Shown piece by piece: positions 24,206 through 39,309 of a stretch of 64,000 nucleotides of DNA. The stretch is from assembly GCF_009914755.1 (NCBI RefSeq), contig NC_060929.1. One strand, 5' to 3'. How positions within the stretch are numbered: the first letter of the stretch is position 1; each line of letters opens with the position of its first letter. Position numbers and translations under genes: made by a program. The DNA comes from the human T2T-CHM13v2.0 reference genome, Homo sapiens. The notes beneath the pieces were generated by a model that was given only the letters and a program-made list of their open reading frames with translations, ran no database searches and was not told the DNA's origin.

Positions 24206-26785
24206 GCTACGCTGTCACAGGGTCACAGGGCATTTGACTTTCCCTGGGTGACTTTGCTAGAGAAGATTGAAGGTCTAGAATTCCCAGCGCTGGTCTTGGA
24301 AAATAGCAAGTTTTCTTGTTGAAATTTCTTACTGATATGAACAGCCTCAATCTTCATTCTGTGTAATGGAGTTACCTTTTAATGTTTTTCTCTTCCAGAG
24401 TTAAAGGAATTCAGTAGAGATGCTTCCTCATAATTAATTCACTGACGTGCTGGCATTATTTATTTTCATTATGCTAAATGTCCCCAGTGTCTTCCCCATC
24501 AAGTGGAGCCTCAAATGTGGCTGTGCTTTTGTTGTCTGAGAAGTCCTGGCATATGCACCATGGGTGTGAGAATCATTCCTATTAAGCCGTGATTCTTACT
24601 GATAATTTAAAACCGAATATTCTACTAAAAATGGAACAACACTGTTAGAGCTGCGATATTCCTGTGTTGAAGGTGTTTTGTGTGTGATATATTTCATGAG
24701 AAATTGTCAGTGACAGGAGAGTCTGAGCTGGATGTTGGGCGTACTCCACTGGTATATGGGTTCTTCCTGCCACTTGATATTGACATCGAGACAATTCATT
24801 GAACCTGACTCATTTCTTCCTTCATTGAGTATTTAGAGCACCTGGGTTGGGGGTGCAAGCACTGTGATTGACATCACCCTGGATGGCAGTCCACCCTGAA
24901 CTGGCTCACCCCTTGCATGTTGACATGATCCCTTAAATACTGGTGACTGCTCTAGGGCAAGCTATCATCATTATCATATCTAAGGACCACAAGAGCTGAG
25001 GGCATTCAACTCTGACCCTCTCCACTTTCTGGATCTTCCTGAGTGGCTCCCCTAATCTTAAAGTCTCTTCCACATCTCCGTGCCTTATATCCAAACGTTT
25101 GGGAGGACAGAAAAGGATTAAGTTAGCTCATGGGTTTGGTCCATTTGACAAAATTAAGCCAGTGCTAATTCTTCAGTCCTTTTTTGGTATAAGGATGCAA
25201 TAAAAAATCACAAGGGAGAGGATGAAGAGAGGGTTAGGAGAAGACTTTGTTTGTTCAACTGTTTTTGGCAATGTTAGACATAGTTCCTTTGGTTCCCTCT
25301 TTTTGCTTCTGCTTATACTTCTGTCTCCAGGAGCCAGATGCAAGTGAGAGTCGGGTAGACACAGTAAGAAAAACCTCAACCGAAAAAACCATTGTGGGCT
25401 GCTTTACCAGCTAGTTTTCTGACTCTGCCTAGAGTTCTAGAACAATTGTGCCAAGACAAAGAGAATGAAAACACAGACCTGACCATGGCTCATAGAGATG
25501 TGTAAGGCAGATTGTATCTCAGAGTTGAACCAAGTCACTTCTGAAAAGCTTGGTGCTGGAAATGGGAAAGTTCAATTATAGGGCAATTAAAATATGTTGA
25601 GTAAATAATTTATTGCATTTGAAACATATAGACAGAAAGTATAATACAATCGTTTCATTTTAAAAGATTGTAATTCTGAAGATTTCTCAAGGTGGTCATT
25701 ATTTTCTGGGAGAGTCCCGTGAATAAATCAGGTCTCTAGGGTCATCACCCCATAGAAAGTTCCTGGTAGAAAAGATGGCAGATCAGCACTATTGTAATGG
25801 GAGCCCTGCCTGCAAGATCTTGGAATTATGATTTCTACCCATTTATATCAATGTCCTTTGCTGTCTCTCAGACATGATGCTGGGGTATTGCAGCTAGGAC
25901 AAGCCAGAGCTCAAAGGTGCTGGTTTTTATTCCTGTGTGCTTACTCCCAACACTGAATTATTTTTTGTGTGTGTATATGTGCGTGTGTGTGTTTTTAGTG
26001 TCCTGTATTTTTTTTTTAGGTATATAGAGAAAAAAAGAGCAAATAATTAAGATATCAAGTTACTAATGATCTGTGGTCATTATGAAAGAAATAAAATTGT
26101 AGACTAGTCCATTACTAGAACTAATTAAAATTATTAATGTTAAAAATTAAATACGGAGATCAGGTTAATGTGAATAAAACAGATAATGAGGAAATGTTAG
26201 CATAGTTCAGACATATGGTCAACCTAATGTCTGACTCTTTCCCATCATTGACTTGCAGTGCATTCAAATACACAACCTCCATGCTCTTTGGAATTGAATT
26301 TTAGGTGCATAAAATAGAATTACTCATTTGATTAATTCAATTAATATTTGATTCTCAGGCATAATCCTTATTAATCTCTATGTGGCTCATTTATAGTAAA
26401 ATAAATTTTCATGAATTCATTTTGAACTAGAATATCTCTAGTTAGGAAATTTCTTTCTATATGCTCAACTAATTCCATTCTACTCTCTATCCTCAAATGT
26501 AAACTTCATATTGAAATTGGATTTTATCATTCTTTTACTTGTCTTTTTGTTCATTTTATCATATATAGACACATACACATAAATTATATATATGTGTGGT
26601 GTGTTATAGAAATTGAGATTCATTTACCTATTTTTTCCTTGTGGAGAATCAATTGCCACTGATCCATTTCAATTACTTTCTTCATATCTGTCATATATCA
26701 AAATTCTACATATGGTTGGCTGGTTATGGGCTGTTCTGCCCCATTGACTAAGTTTTTGTTTTGTTTTGTTTTTATCCTTTCAATG

Positions 26786-26788
<3 letters not shown>

Positions 26789-26832
<44 letters not shown>
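26789..26832. repeat. (CA)22 microsatellite
   Basis: Uninterrupted CA run of 44 nt. Confidence 0.98.
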
Positions 26833-26836
<4 letters not shown>

Positions 26837-27204
26837 TACTAAAGCGCTGTAATAAGTATTGTTGGTTGTGGGGACAGTGAAACTTCTGCTTCAGTGTCTT
26901 TGATAGTAGTAAGATTGTCTAGTATTTTTAATTTTATTTCTTGGGTCAGTTTCAATAAGTTGTTTTTGTAGGAATTTTTGCATTTCATCCAAATTCTCAA
27001 ATTTAACTGCATGCTCATTTGGATAATATTGTTCTCCTTTTGATGTTTTCCATATGCTTTATTTTTGATTTTTATTTATAATATTGTTTTTATATGCCTT
27101 CATGTATAATCTCACCAGATGTCTTTTTAGCTTTTTCAAGAACCATCCCTCTTTGTTTATCTTATCCATTACTTCTTTTGTGTGTGTTTTTATCTTTATT
27201 ATCT

Positions 27205-28680
27205 CCTGTTACGTCAGTCAGAACATATTAGATTATGTCATGGAAACAACTCCAAAGTCTTCCTGGATTAACACAACACAACAAATGTTTATATTTTGCT
27301 CAAGATACACGGTAAAGATGATTCAGTAGAGGGACTCTGCTGACAGTCCTGTCACTCAGGGTTTCAGGATGAAGGAGGGCACATCCCACAACACACTTCT
27401 TTCCTAATTGTTGCACCAAGGAGGAAAAGCTTGCTTCCATGTCTAACTACTGGCGATGAACACTTTCCACATGGAAGTGACACATCACTTTCATTCATTT
27501 TTTTATTGGCCAGAGTAAATGTTCTTAGTTGTCTTTGGTTGCCTTAAAAACCACCATAAAACTTAATGACTGGAAACACCACCATCATTTATTTTCCTCC
27601 TGAACCTGCAGTTTGGGCACATTTGCCAGTGGTGGCTCGTCCTTGCCCCATGCATCGGCTGGGGTGGTTTGAAGGCTGGGGCTTGCCTCCGTTGAAGGTT
27701 TGCTCACTTCCCTGTCTGGTGGTCATGCTGGCTTGCAACTGAGATTCAGCTGGCACTGCTGGCCAGAACACCTTCATGTGGCCTCTCTTCATGATTACTT
27801 GACTTTCTCTTGATATGGGATCTGGTTTCAAGAATGATCATCCTAAAAGAAAAAGATGGAATTGCATGACATTTTTATGACCCTGTCTCTCAAGTCAGGG
27901 AATTCTGCCATACTGTATTGATTGAGGCACCGTGAAGACCCTCTCAGGTGGGTGGTCAGTCTAAGGGGATAGAACCTAACTTGATGAAAGGAATGTCAAG
28001 CATACATGGGATGAAATGTAGATTGTCCCCACGTGTGGAAAATACCATCTGCTATGTTACCTTACATAGCCATGCCAAACTTTCATATGCCTGGAAGAAG
28101 GATGTATCAATTAACTTGTGCTGTGTAACAACCAAAAACTTAACAGATTTGAACTACTCTTTTTTTTTTTTTTTTTAGCTCATAATTATGTGGGTCAGGT
28201 CTTGGTTCTTCTGACCTAGGTTTCCCAGTTGATCTCTGCTGGTCTGTCTCATGTTTGTGTGCTCTACTGGCAGGTTAGTTAATCGCTGGATTACTCAAAA
28301 TAGCTACATTTATGTGTGTGGACAGCTGGCAGGCTATCCACCATGGCTGTTGAGTGGGGTGCCAGGTCACTCGGCTGTCTCCTCTCATTTAGCAGGCTAG
28401 CCTGAGCTTCTTTGCATGGAGTTCAGGGGCTTGCAAAGAGCAAGAGGAAAGGGACAAGCCCTACTGCCCAAGTCTTTGTTCAAGTTATTGCTTGTGCCAT
28501 GCACCTGCCATTAGATTGGCCAAATGGAGCCATGTGGCTAGAGCCAGACTCAGTGTAGGAGAGAATTACACATAGGCATGATACAGGGAAGGGGATTATT
28601 GGAGCCAATTTGGATTTTTAAAAAAGCTGTAACAGAAAAGCAAACTAGAATGCTGAGCAACCCTAATTACTACAGCAGTC
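27205..28680 (-). mobile_element. Cluster of old MLT1 (ERVL-MaLR) LTR fragments, probably nested
   Basis: Three MLT1-like starts: ~27210; ~27525 (tcttagttgtc...aaccaccataaaacttaatgac); ~28103 (tgtatcaattaacttgtgctgtgtaacaacc). Motifs attggccagag and ccattagattggccaaa also present. Confidence 0.6.
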
Positions 28681-28715
28681 CACCTACCTGGTCACCCAAT
28701 ATATAGTTTATTCCC

Positions 28716-29064
<349 letters not shown>

Positions 29065-30153
29065 TGACCCTAAAGTCTTGTCTGTGAAGGGCAGTAAGCT
29101 CAGAATCTAGGATCTCTAAGGGAAGGGCACTCTTTTGTTCAAAGGGACCAATGAATGGTCTTTTCTCCATCAAGCCTGGGTGTGGCTTCTGTGATCTGGA
29201 GACCAGTGGTCTAAAAAGACTTGTTATCAGCCATCTACCCAGCCACCTCATATACCTAGGATAACCACAGTAAACCCTTCTGCTCTCCCAAAAGAAGGAT
29301 GAAACTCATTGGCCCTTGGCTCACAGCAATTCCAAGTCCACCTGGGCAGGCAGGGTGAGGGTCCCTGGCCCAGAGACTAGAGATTGCTTCTTCATTACAA
29401 CCAGACTCTTGTTTTAGGAGATAGTCCCCTTTTCTTCTGTTTTATGTGGCCTTTGAATCTTCCCCGGGAGGTCCTTCTTCTTTATTTACCATCCTCTTAG
29501 CTACATTTGAACTGAATATTTGGATATTCCCTTCTTGGGGGCTGAGTGACTTTCTCACCTCTTGTCTGCCATAAATAAGAAGGCACAGTTTCTCTTAAGT
29601 CTAGAACATCCATAGTTCAGGTTAGTTTTTTTTGAGGAACACAAATCTCTCAAAACTTATTCAACCTCGTAATGTCAATAGTCACAGCCAGAGTTCTTTT
29701 CAAGACATGCTTCTTGAAAGGTTTGCTATTTTTCTCTGCCTTCTCATGCTATGTCTGTCTCTCTCTCTTTCAGCTTCTATGTACTTTAAGCCTGTATGGG
29801 AAACACACTCTGAGTTTACTTTTCCCTGTGCCATTTTGTTCAGTTGAAATAATTTCCTGGCACCACACTCTTATTTAGAAGTTAACTTCAAGGCACCTTT
29901 ATCCATTTGGTTTTCAACAATGGGTTATCTGAGGGTCGGATGAACTCCAACAGTGGTGGACGTCGCAGATTGCATGGTGACTGTGTGGCCCATTGTCAAC
30001 GTTCAGACCATTCTAAGGTCTGGTAACAAGACAGCAATTTTTCCTTTCTCAAAAAGAAGAATAATTATCTCCACAGTTACTCAGAAGTCTTTGTAAGGCA
30101 CTGGTTTGGGTGGAAAAGTCAGAACATTCAGGGAAATCTGAAGACAAACATGT

Positions 30154-30417
30154 TGTATTAGTCGTTTTCACACTGCTATAAAGAACGACCTGAGACTGGG
30201 TAATTTATCAAGGAAAGAGATTTAACTGACTCACAGTTCTGCATTGCTGGGGAAGCCTCAGGAAACTTACAATTGTGGCTGAAGGGGAAGGGGAAGGGGA
30301 AGCAAGGCATGTCTTCTTATGATGGCAGGAGAGAGAGAGAGAGAGCGAGCAATGGGGAACTGCCAAACACTTTTAAACCATCAGATTTGGGTGGGGACAC
30401 ACAGCCAAACCGTATCA
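30154..30417 (-). mobile_element. THE1/MST solo LTR with internal deletion
   Basis: tgtattagtc...aaaccgtatca with TSD CATGT (30149-30153 / 30418-30422). Only 264 bp long. Confidence 0.92.
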
Positions 30418-30723
30418 CATGTCTAGTCAGCCAAAGGGTGGCGAAAGGTGGTGCAGCTTGGTGAAAAGGTCAATGGGCATCTGTTGCTTCTGTGTAGCTG
30501 CTGACACTGTGCTTCAGCAGCCAGTGTCTGCTGGGCCCCCATTCATCAATGGCCACAAGTTGGGAAGAAGAGCAGGACATAGAGCCAGGGAGAGTGAGGA
30601 TGTGCAGAAGCCGGCCTGGGACCCCGTGAGTGTCCATCGTCATGTCTGACCATGAAGACTTGCCTCACTGTTGCCTCAAAATTCTGGCACAGATTCTGGC
30701 ACAAATTCCTTTCTCTTCAGTTC

Positions 30724-31025
30724 TTTTTTTTTTTTTTTTTTTGAGACAGAGTCTCGCTCTGTCGATCCAGCTGGAGTACAGTGGCACAATTTCGGCTCAC
30801 TGAAACCTCCGCCTCCTGGGTTCAAGTGATTCTTGTGCCTCAGCCTCCCGAGTAGCTGGGTTTACAGGCATGTGCCACCATACTCAACTAATTTTTTGTA
30901 TTTTTTTAGTAGAGACGGGGTTTCACCATGTTGGCCAGGATGGTCTTGATCTCCTGACCTCGTGATCTGCTCGCCTCAACCTCCTAAATGGGTGGGATTA
31001 TAGGCATGAGCCACCGTGCCTGGCC
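30724..31025 (-). mobile_element. AluS
   Basis: Poly-T plus full dimer. Near-TSD ttctcttcagttc / ttctgttcagttc. Confidence 0.96.
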
Positions 31026-31204
31026 CCTTCTGTTCAGTTCTAACCAAGAACTCTAGAGGGAAGGGGATTCTGGGAAAGGTAACAAGCAGCAAAACTGACA
31101 CCTAAGCAACTCAGTTCAGTATTTGAACTTGTAATTTTCCCACCAGACACCACTGTTACCACGCACCACAAATGTTGATGTGCACTGTTTTCATTATTCT
31201 TTGA

Positions 31205-31523
<319 letters not shown>

Positions 31524-32258
31524 AGGTGGCTATTATTAAAAAGTAAAAAAGCAAAAAAACAAAAAACCAAAAACAAAAACAAAAAACAGATGCTGGTGAG
31601 GTTGTGGAGAGAAAGGAACACTTTTACACTCTTGGTGGAGTGTAAATTAGTTCAGGCATTGTGGGAGACAGCGTTACGATTCCTCAAAGACCTAAACACA
31701 GAAATACCATTCGACCCAGCAATCCCATTACTGGGTATATACCCAAAGGAATATAAATCATTCTATTATAAAGACACATTTATGTGAATATTCATTGCAG
31801 CAGCATTCACAACAGCAAAGACATGGAATCAACCTAAATGCCCATCAATGGTAGACTGGATAAAGAAAATGTGGTACATATACACCATGGAATACTATGC
31901 AGCCATGAAAAACAACAAGATCATGTCCATTGCAGGGACATAGATGGAGCTGGAGCCCATTATACTTAGCAAACTAATGTAGGAACAGGAAACCAAATAC
32001 CGCATACTCTCACTTGTAAGTGGGAGCTAAATTATGAGAACACGTGGACACATAGAGGGGAACAACACACACTGAGGCCTATCTGAGGAGGGTGGAGGGT
32101 GGGAGGAGTGAGAGGATCAGGACAAATAACTAATGGGTACTAGGCTTAATACCTGGGTGATGAAATAATCTGTACAACAAACCCCCAGGATTCAAGTTTC
32201 TTCTGTATCAAATCTGCACAATTACCCCTGAACTTAAATGTTAAAAATAAAATAAAAT
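31524..32258 (+). mobile_element. 5'-truncated primate L1 (L1PA, mid-age): ORF2 end, 3' UTR and A-rich tail
   Basis: gaaataccattcgacccagcaatcccattactggg, tggtacatatacaccatggaatactatgcagcc, (aaaat)n tail. TSD aaaatt(t/c)acatta at 31204-31216 / 32259-32271. Confidence 0.95.
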
Positions 32259-34650
32259 AAAATTCACATTATGTTTTACTTTTCATTCTAAAGGTTATTC
32301 AGAATTGTGCTTTTTATCTTATATGTGGTAACTTTTAATTTACATTTTTGTGATGAACTTTTAAGATAAATTATGCTGTAATCAAAGAACATGGCTCTGT
32401 GTGATAACTCTTCTTTGAAATCTTTGGAGGTTGCCTGACACATGATTTTTATAAATATTCCACATGCACTTCAGAAGAATATTGTTCCACCTAATGGTTG
32501 CATGTGGAATTCTGTATTTTTCAATTAGGCCAAGATTACTAATTATGATGTTCAAATCCTTTAACATCTTTTCTTGTTTGCATTTTTATTTTATTTGCTT
32601 GGCCTATCAATAGCAAGATGGGGAGCTGAAATTGTCTGCTCTTAGTAGATTAGTTTACTTTTTTTCTCTGATTTTCTAAATTTTTGCTTTATACAGTTTG
32701 AGGCTATTTTATTAGTTTTATAGATGTTTAAAATTATTATAATTGCCTATTTATTCCTTTCACACCTCATGGTAAAATGGAGTATGACTATGTATGTAGA
32801 TAAGAATAAAAATTGTCTATCTATTTATCTATATACATATGAAAAACTGTATCTCCACACATCCATTTGTAGTCAAATGTTTATCAAAGCTAAAGGCTGA
32901 TTTCATTTTTCCTAGTAATTACTGTCATTTGTGGTACACCTGTGACATACCAAACACCCAGAAGCCACACCAAATCTGGATGACTGCATGTGAAGAAGCC
33001 GGCTGAGGGACATTCGACTTCTCCCACTGAAAAATCACAGCAGGAAGTGATGGAAATTGGTTTCTACCTTTGGTCTTGCTGACTTCAAAGTATTTCACTA
33101 AAATATAATTTTTTTAATTAAATAGAAAGGCAGTATTTTACATTAGACTGTCTTTTACCACCCTCATACAAAATAGTACTGTTCAAAAAAAAAAAGAAAA
33201 AAGAAAAAGTACATTGAAAAGAAAGAAAATACAGACAAGCTGTTACTGCGTGGAAAAACATCTAAGAAACAAAGGAATTGTCACATAAGGAATAAAAGTG
33301 ATGGGTATTTAATAGGCCTGGCAATTAGAAGCCATCTGAAATTACCGGAAAATGCATGGAAAATGAAGGGATAAAATGCTTAGAGTGGAAGGAACCCATA
33401 ATCATCTCAGTGGATGATACCATAGTCAAAATCTCCTGCTTTAAAGGCATTTTCGTACATTTCATTTAGTATGCATTATATGGTAAATTTTATTTTACCT
33501 TGTTAAAGCCATTTTTAAAAAGACATTTTAGTATATTTTAGGTAATATTAAAAGGATTTTAGTACATTTTATTTAATTTGCATTATATGATATTTTTTTC
33601 CACAAAGGGAGGAGGGGTGAGGATACATAGGAATATTTAATTGAGATTGATGATGGTTTTAATGTTTTAGTTTGCTTATTTTAAGCTAGTCTGTCTGTTT
33701 TATATTCTAATGTTTGAAAACAACTCAATCAGAAGAACATGGCCTCGGGGTGTACCTTGCTGGCTTCCTTCCTTTCTCCATCTGCTGGGAGCTGGACAGG
33801 AGAGAGGAGGAGCTGTCATCCTAGGTCTGAGAGTGTCTCTTTATTCCATTGACTTAGCCTTAAGAAAAATGCATGATGCAGGCAGCGAGGCCAGGGAAGA
33901 CTGTGGCCTGTAAGCTCGTACATCCTCTAGTGAATACTCTTCTGTTCTTCCCATGACACCCTCATGCAAGGTTCTCAAAACTCCTTCAGAGTTAGCATTC
34001 AAAGGCAGATACAGAACAAATTGGTGGCTGTTCTCTTCCTTGAAGAGTCTCTGTTTTTCAGTGGGCCCAGCTTTTGCAAAGGTTAGGGTCACAGGCCTCA
34101 CAAGCAGCAGCTGACTGTCTCAAGCCGTTGGCCGTCAGAGCCTCTGGCTCACCCTCTGAGGTGGGGGTGTGTGGTCTGAGGATGACTCTCCTCCTCTGCT
34201 ATGCAGAACCCACCTGCTAACGTCACCCATCTGGGGAGGGCAGGCACACCACCAGCCACTGAGGATCATGACCTAGATTAGGACTTCAGAGGTCAAAGTC
34301 CTCTTTATAGTTTGCAACTGCATTGTCATAAAGATGTATGTAATCTTTGACCCTAAGAGTTTGTGCTTTTTTGGCTGTTCTCATTTTGAAAGAAATTTAA
34401 ACATTTTTGCAGGACTCTAAGAGGGCTGTAGGACCCAGACACTGTGCTCACTGTGATTAATGATGGAGAAGTCACCTGCAGCCCTGACAAATCACATCTC
34501 GGGGATCTGATTTTTAAAAAAGAGAGAGAAAAAATAGAGAGTTTACAATTTAGAACCAAAATCAAAATCAAGTCTTACATACTTTACCCAGAAAAATAAG
34601 ACACTGGGTCTCTGTCTTGTTGACAGAGAGATCCTTTAAAAGAGAAGCAC

Positions 34651-35006
<356 letters not shown>

Positions 35007-36144
35007 TCAGCATCTTCTTGTTCCCTGGTTCCCTGCTCTACTAATTGTCACTTTACAGTCATGCATATTTTTGCATGGTTTTTCAGTCTTTCTGGAGATC
35101 TAAGAGCCAGTAAAGTCAATGATTGTTTCACCCCTGCTGGGATAATGAAATGACTGGAAAAAAAAGTCATACTAGGAAATAGGTTTCCTGATTATTTACT
35201 GGTTAGTTTTCTGTCCACAGCTCAGTGAGGCTCATTTGGGGAGGTTTAAGTTAAATCAGTTTTCATGGCACCATGTGTGCAGTGGTCATAATCTCAGATT
35301 TGATGTCCTCAGATAACACGCTGTCATGTCCCACGTGTCCGTTTGTTCGTGGTGTCTGAGTGCCGGGGAGTGCTCGCAGCCTGGCAGACACCTAATACCC
35401 TTTTGCAGCAATTGTAAACTGTGTCTGAGGGTAAGAGTAATAACTTAGGCACTTAATCGTGGCTAAAAATAGCAGTGGAGGGAGAGAAAAAGAACATCTC
35501 ATTTGATCCACTTGTTTTCTGCCAGTTCTGGAAACACACATTCTTTCGGCCACGGCAACAACTAGCCCCATTCGGTTGAGTTCACTGTCTGCTGCAGGAC
35601 CACAGACCCACAGGCTATGCCTGGCTGGAGGCCTGTCTCACCCACCAGCTGGACAATCCATGGCAGCCCTTCTCTGTGCCTCAGTTTCGTCAGCTGTAGA
35701 ATGGAACTAACACTAGTGCCCCCCATCCTGCCTGCCCCTACCAGGATGGTGGTTGTAAAGATTAAAGAGGTTAATATATGTAAGCCTGCTTAGCACAAGT
35801 AGCACTTACTAGCATTTACCATTCTTGTTGTTCCTCTTGCCTCTTTCCCAGGCATCATTTAACACACATAATTGTGGGAGAGAAAGGGAAACGATGTCAG
35901 TTAAGAGGGCTTGGATTCTGGCTTTTTCCCTCCTTGGGAACCAAGACTCCGTGTGGATTTTTGGCTGGTCTGCTCTGTTTCCCCATCTCCCTGTGCTTCG
36001 TTGCTTGGTATTTGCATGGAGCCATTTCCAGTGTGAAGTTAGAGCTGCCAGTGGGTGGAATGAACCTTGTGCCCACCTGTAAAGAATAGAGATCACCAGA
36101 CAGACAGTCCCTTTGTAAGTCCCATATATGGTCCCAGCCTTGGG

Positions 36145-36454
36145 GTTTTTTTTTTCTTTTTTCTTTTTTGAGACGGAGTCTCGCTCTGGCGCCCAGGCTG
36201 GAGTGCAGTGGCGCGCTCACGGCTCACTGCAAGCTCCGCCTCCCAGGTTCACGCCATTCTCTGTCTCAGCCTCCGGAGTAGCTGGGACCACAGGCGCCTG
36301 CCACCACGCGCGGCTAATTTTTTTTTTTGTATTTTTAGTAGAGACTGGGTTTCACCGTGTTAGCCAGGATGGTCTCGATCTCCTGACCTTGTGATCTGCC
36401 CGCCTCGGCCTCCCAAAGTACTGGGATTACAGGCGTGAGCCACCGCACCCGGCC
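36145..36454 (-). mobile_element. AluY
   Basis: Y-type motifs gcaagctccgcctcccaggttcacgccattct and ccgtgttagccaggatggtctcgatctcctgacc. Confidence 0.95.
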
Positions 36455-37430
36455 GGTTTTTTTTTTTTAATAGAAGTGTCTGTGGATATTTCCGTTAACT
36501 ACACATGTTTGGGTGAGGATTAAAGACCTCACACTGTATTCTGTTCCATAGTAAACGCTGTCCATAGCAAGCTTCCAGCATAATGTTTTGCAGAAGCTAA
36601 AGCCTAAGGCCAGGCTTGTGTAATCAAATGAAACATAATGTCTGTATGTGGAGTTGAACTTGTGTAGAATGGAAATAGTGGGTCTTTGTCATGTGGTAAG
36701 GAAGAGATAAATAAAAAAAAATTGTGTGTCAAAATAAATGTAAAGAAATACATTAGTAAGAAGTGAATAATAAATGCCCATTTTCTTTTTGCTTGTTTCT
36801 TTTTGCCATGTTTGTTATTTTATTTTCTCCATCTCTCTTGAGAGAGAAATAACAAACATGGCGCCCTCCTGTATGCATTTCCCGCTCCCTCACGTTCCAT
36901 ATTCAGCACTTTCTGACCCTTTTCTATTAACCTATGATCCCATCAAAACATTAATTGCCATGCATTAAAATAAAAGCTCATCACTATAAAAACAGATAAT
37001 TTTGAAAGAAGTTTTTTAAATAAAACATTTAAAATCCATTTGCAAGATAGTTTTCTAAGGCCGGGGTTTTTCTGCTCCTCTGATTTAGGGAGAGAAGTTG
37101 GTTGTCTTATTTTCTCCTGGCATTAATGTGTTCTTACATTCACTTCTGAATAAAATCCATTTCTGCATTTATCAGGGAAGATGTAACTTTGATGAGATAT
37201 TGTTTGTCCTATTTTAAATATCCAACATTGGATTATCTATTTAGAAAAACATGCTTATTTATTATGAAACTTGAATTTTAAATGTTCAAACTGTTCTACT
37301 TTCAAAACAATTTCTTAAACCCAATATATTCTGACATTGACAAGCGTTGATGACATTTTAACAACATAAATCATTGGTATCACAGTGTCTCTAAATGGTA
37401 ACTTTTCCATGTATTTTTTTATCTCCTCAG

Positions 37431-37628
37431 GAAGTTGAAGACCATGTGGCGTTTCTAATAACAGTTCCAACTGCCCTGGCGATTTTCTTTGCGATATTTA
37501 TCCTGGTCTGCATCGAGTCTGTGTTTAAGAAGCTGCTGCGCCTCTTCTCGTTGGTGATATGGATATGCCTTGTTGCCATGGGATACCTGTTCATGTGTTT
37601 TGGAGGCACCGTCTCTCCCTGGGACCAG
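37431..37628 (+). CDS. ADCY2: Adenylate cyclase type 2, exon 2 (aa 71-136; two hydrophobic TM helices)
   Basis: Acceptor tttttttatctcctcAG|GAA and donor CAG|GTAAGG. 198 nt, phase 0-0. Encodes EVEDHVAFLITVPTALAIFFAIFILVCIESVFKKLLRLFSLVIWICLVAMGYLFMCFGGTVSPWDQ, continuing exon 1 in frame. Confidence 0.97.
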
Positions 37629-37769
37629 GTAAGGTGTGAAAATATTTTTTGTACTTCTTTTATGTCTTGATTTGTGACATACTTAGTTCTGTAAACAACT
37701 TGGCCTTAAACTTTGAAGAGGAGTCCTATAACTGAGAGCAGAGTCTATTTTTTTCGATTTATATTGCTA

Positions 37770-38112
37770 AAATTTATTTTTAATCAACAAATTATAATTG
37801 TATGTATTATGGGGTACAAGGTATATGTATTTATATCTGTATGTATGTGTATTTGTATAGATGTGTATGTGTATGTATATGTGTGTGTGTATAATTGGAT
37901 ACATATGTGTTTAATATAAAATTAAATCTAATTATATGCAACATGTCACTTCCATAGTTTTTTGGTGAGAAGCTTTAAAATCTACTCTTTAAGCAATTTT
38001 GAAATATACAATACATTATTATTAACTATGGTCAGCATGTTATGCAATAGATCACTGAATCTTATTCCTCCTGTCTAACTGGAAGTGAAATAAGCCAGGC
38101 ACAGAGAACAAA
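37770..38112 (-). mobile_element. L1MA-type 3' end with GT/AT-rich simple repeat and a short inverted segment
   Basis: aaaatctactcttt...aaatatacaatacattattattaactat...ttattcctcctgtctaactg (antisense), followed by sense aagtgaaataagccaggcacaga. Confidence 0.75.
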
Positions 38113-39309
38113 GGCTTTTGAAATAGCTGTCTTTGACTCATGGTCAAAGTCACTCTGTCCTCATTTTAGCAAACCCATCGTACCACAGCCAAGGAGCTGG
38201 CCGGGGCCTCATACTGTCACTTGTTTCGGATAGCTGAGCTTCAATTCTGTCCGTAGCCTTGTTTTACATCTCGAACCACAGTTTCGACAACTCAGTCCTT
38301 CTGTTTCCGGAGTGCCTTGTCTAGGCTTCCTATTTCTCCAGGTGCTTGCAACCCTCCAGGACTGGTTGTTGTCCTTAAATTCCTTCTCAATTACTAGAAT
38401 TTTCCTACTTAAAGACCCTTCCTACTTCTGTGACACTGATTTTCCCTCCACATGGTCACAAGCTATTGAAGGGGTGGCTTCGGATACCTGCTGAAAAACC
38501 CACATTCATTCATTTTGCACCTTTTGAGGCTCTGGACCTCAGGTCATATCCTGAGGAGAGTGTTGTCTAACTATTGGCTTTTTTCTGTAGTGCTGCTGCT
38601 ATGTGGGTGGCTGCTCCCAGCATATTCATCTGACAGCGTGATAAATGGTGTGTTGTCTAGGGGACAGGCCTAGGCTGAGATGTGAGCTACTAGTTTAGAG
38701 CTTGTCAACCGAGACATGGAGTTTTGAAGCCATCCAGGGAGAGGGTGACTGAGTAGCTGAGAGGGCTGTCGCAGGGTTGATGGGGACATTGAGAGCCAGG
38801 GGTGTGCCAGGAACAGGATCTGGAAAGGAATAGAGGAGCCATGATGGGGAGAAGAGAGCCAGTGAGGGTACACTGCTGTAGGGAGGGTTTCCAGGGTTTC
38901 CAGAGGGTGTGGACAGAATGGCTCAAAAGCCATGTCAAGGGACAGAATACTGTTGGTGTGCCTCAGTTGGAAAGAGCCCAGAGATGAGCTGGCCAGTGGG
39001 TTCTGTTGGTAAGTAGTCATGTGACCACTGCCAAGCCATTATTCTCTTTGTGCCTCCATTTCTTGGGCAAAGGGAGGAGGCTGGACTAAGTGAACTCAAG
39101 TTAGTCTTTATGGCTCTAAGAGGACACTGTCATAGTGGACACAAGACCCGGCGGGCGCCATCACCTCTCCTTTATCACTCTCCCACTAGAGCCCCTTGGA
39201 GGGCTGGGCGCGGCCCCCGTGCTCTGTCTGGCTTCTTCCTCTCCCTCACACTCCCCGCTCTCTCCTTCACTCTCTGTGCTCCTGATGCCACTTACACTCT
39301 GTCCTTCCC

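Noticed and set aside
31590-31787. ORF containing EIPFDPAIPLLGIYPKE
   Set aside because: C-terminal remnant of L1 ORF2 within a 5'-truncated L1, not a host gene.
37395-37430. Upstream ATG extension of the exon 2 ORF (MVTFPCIFLSPQ)
   Set aside because: This is the branch/polypyrimidine/acceptor region of intron 1, with no sign of a promoter nearby.
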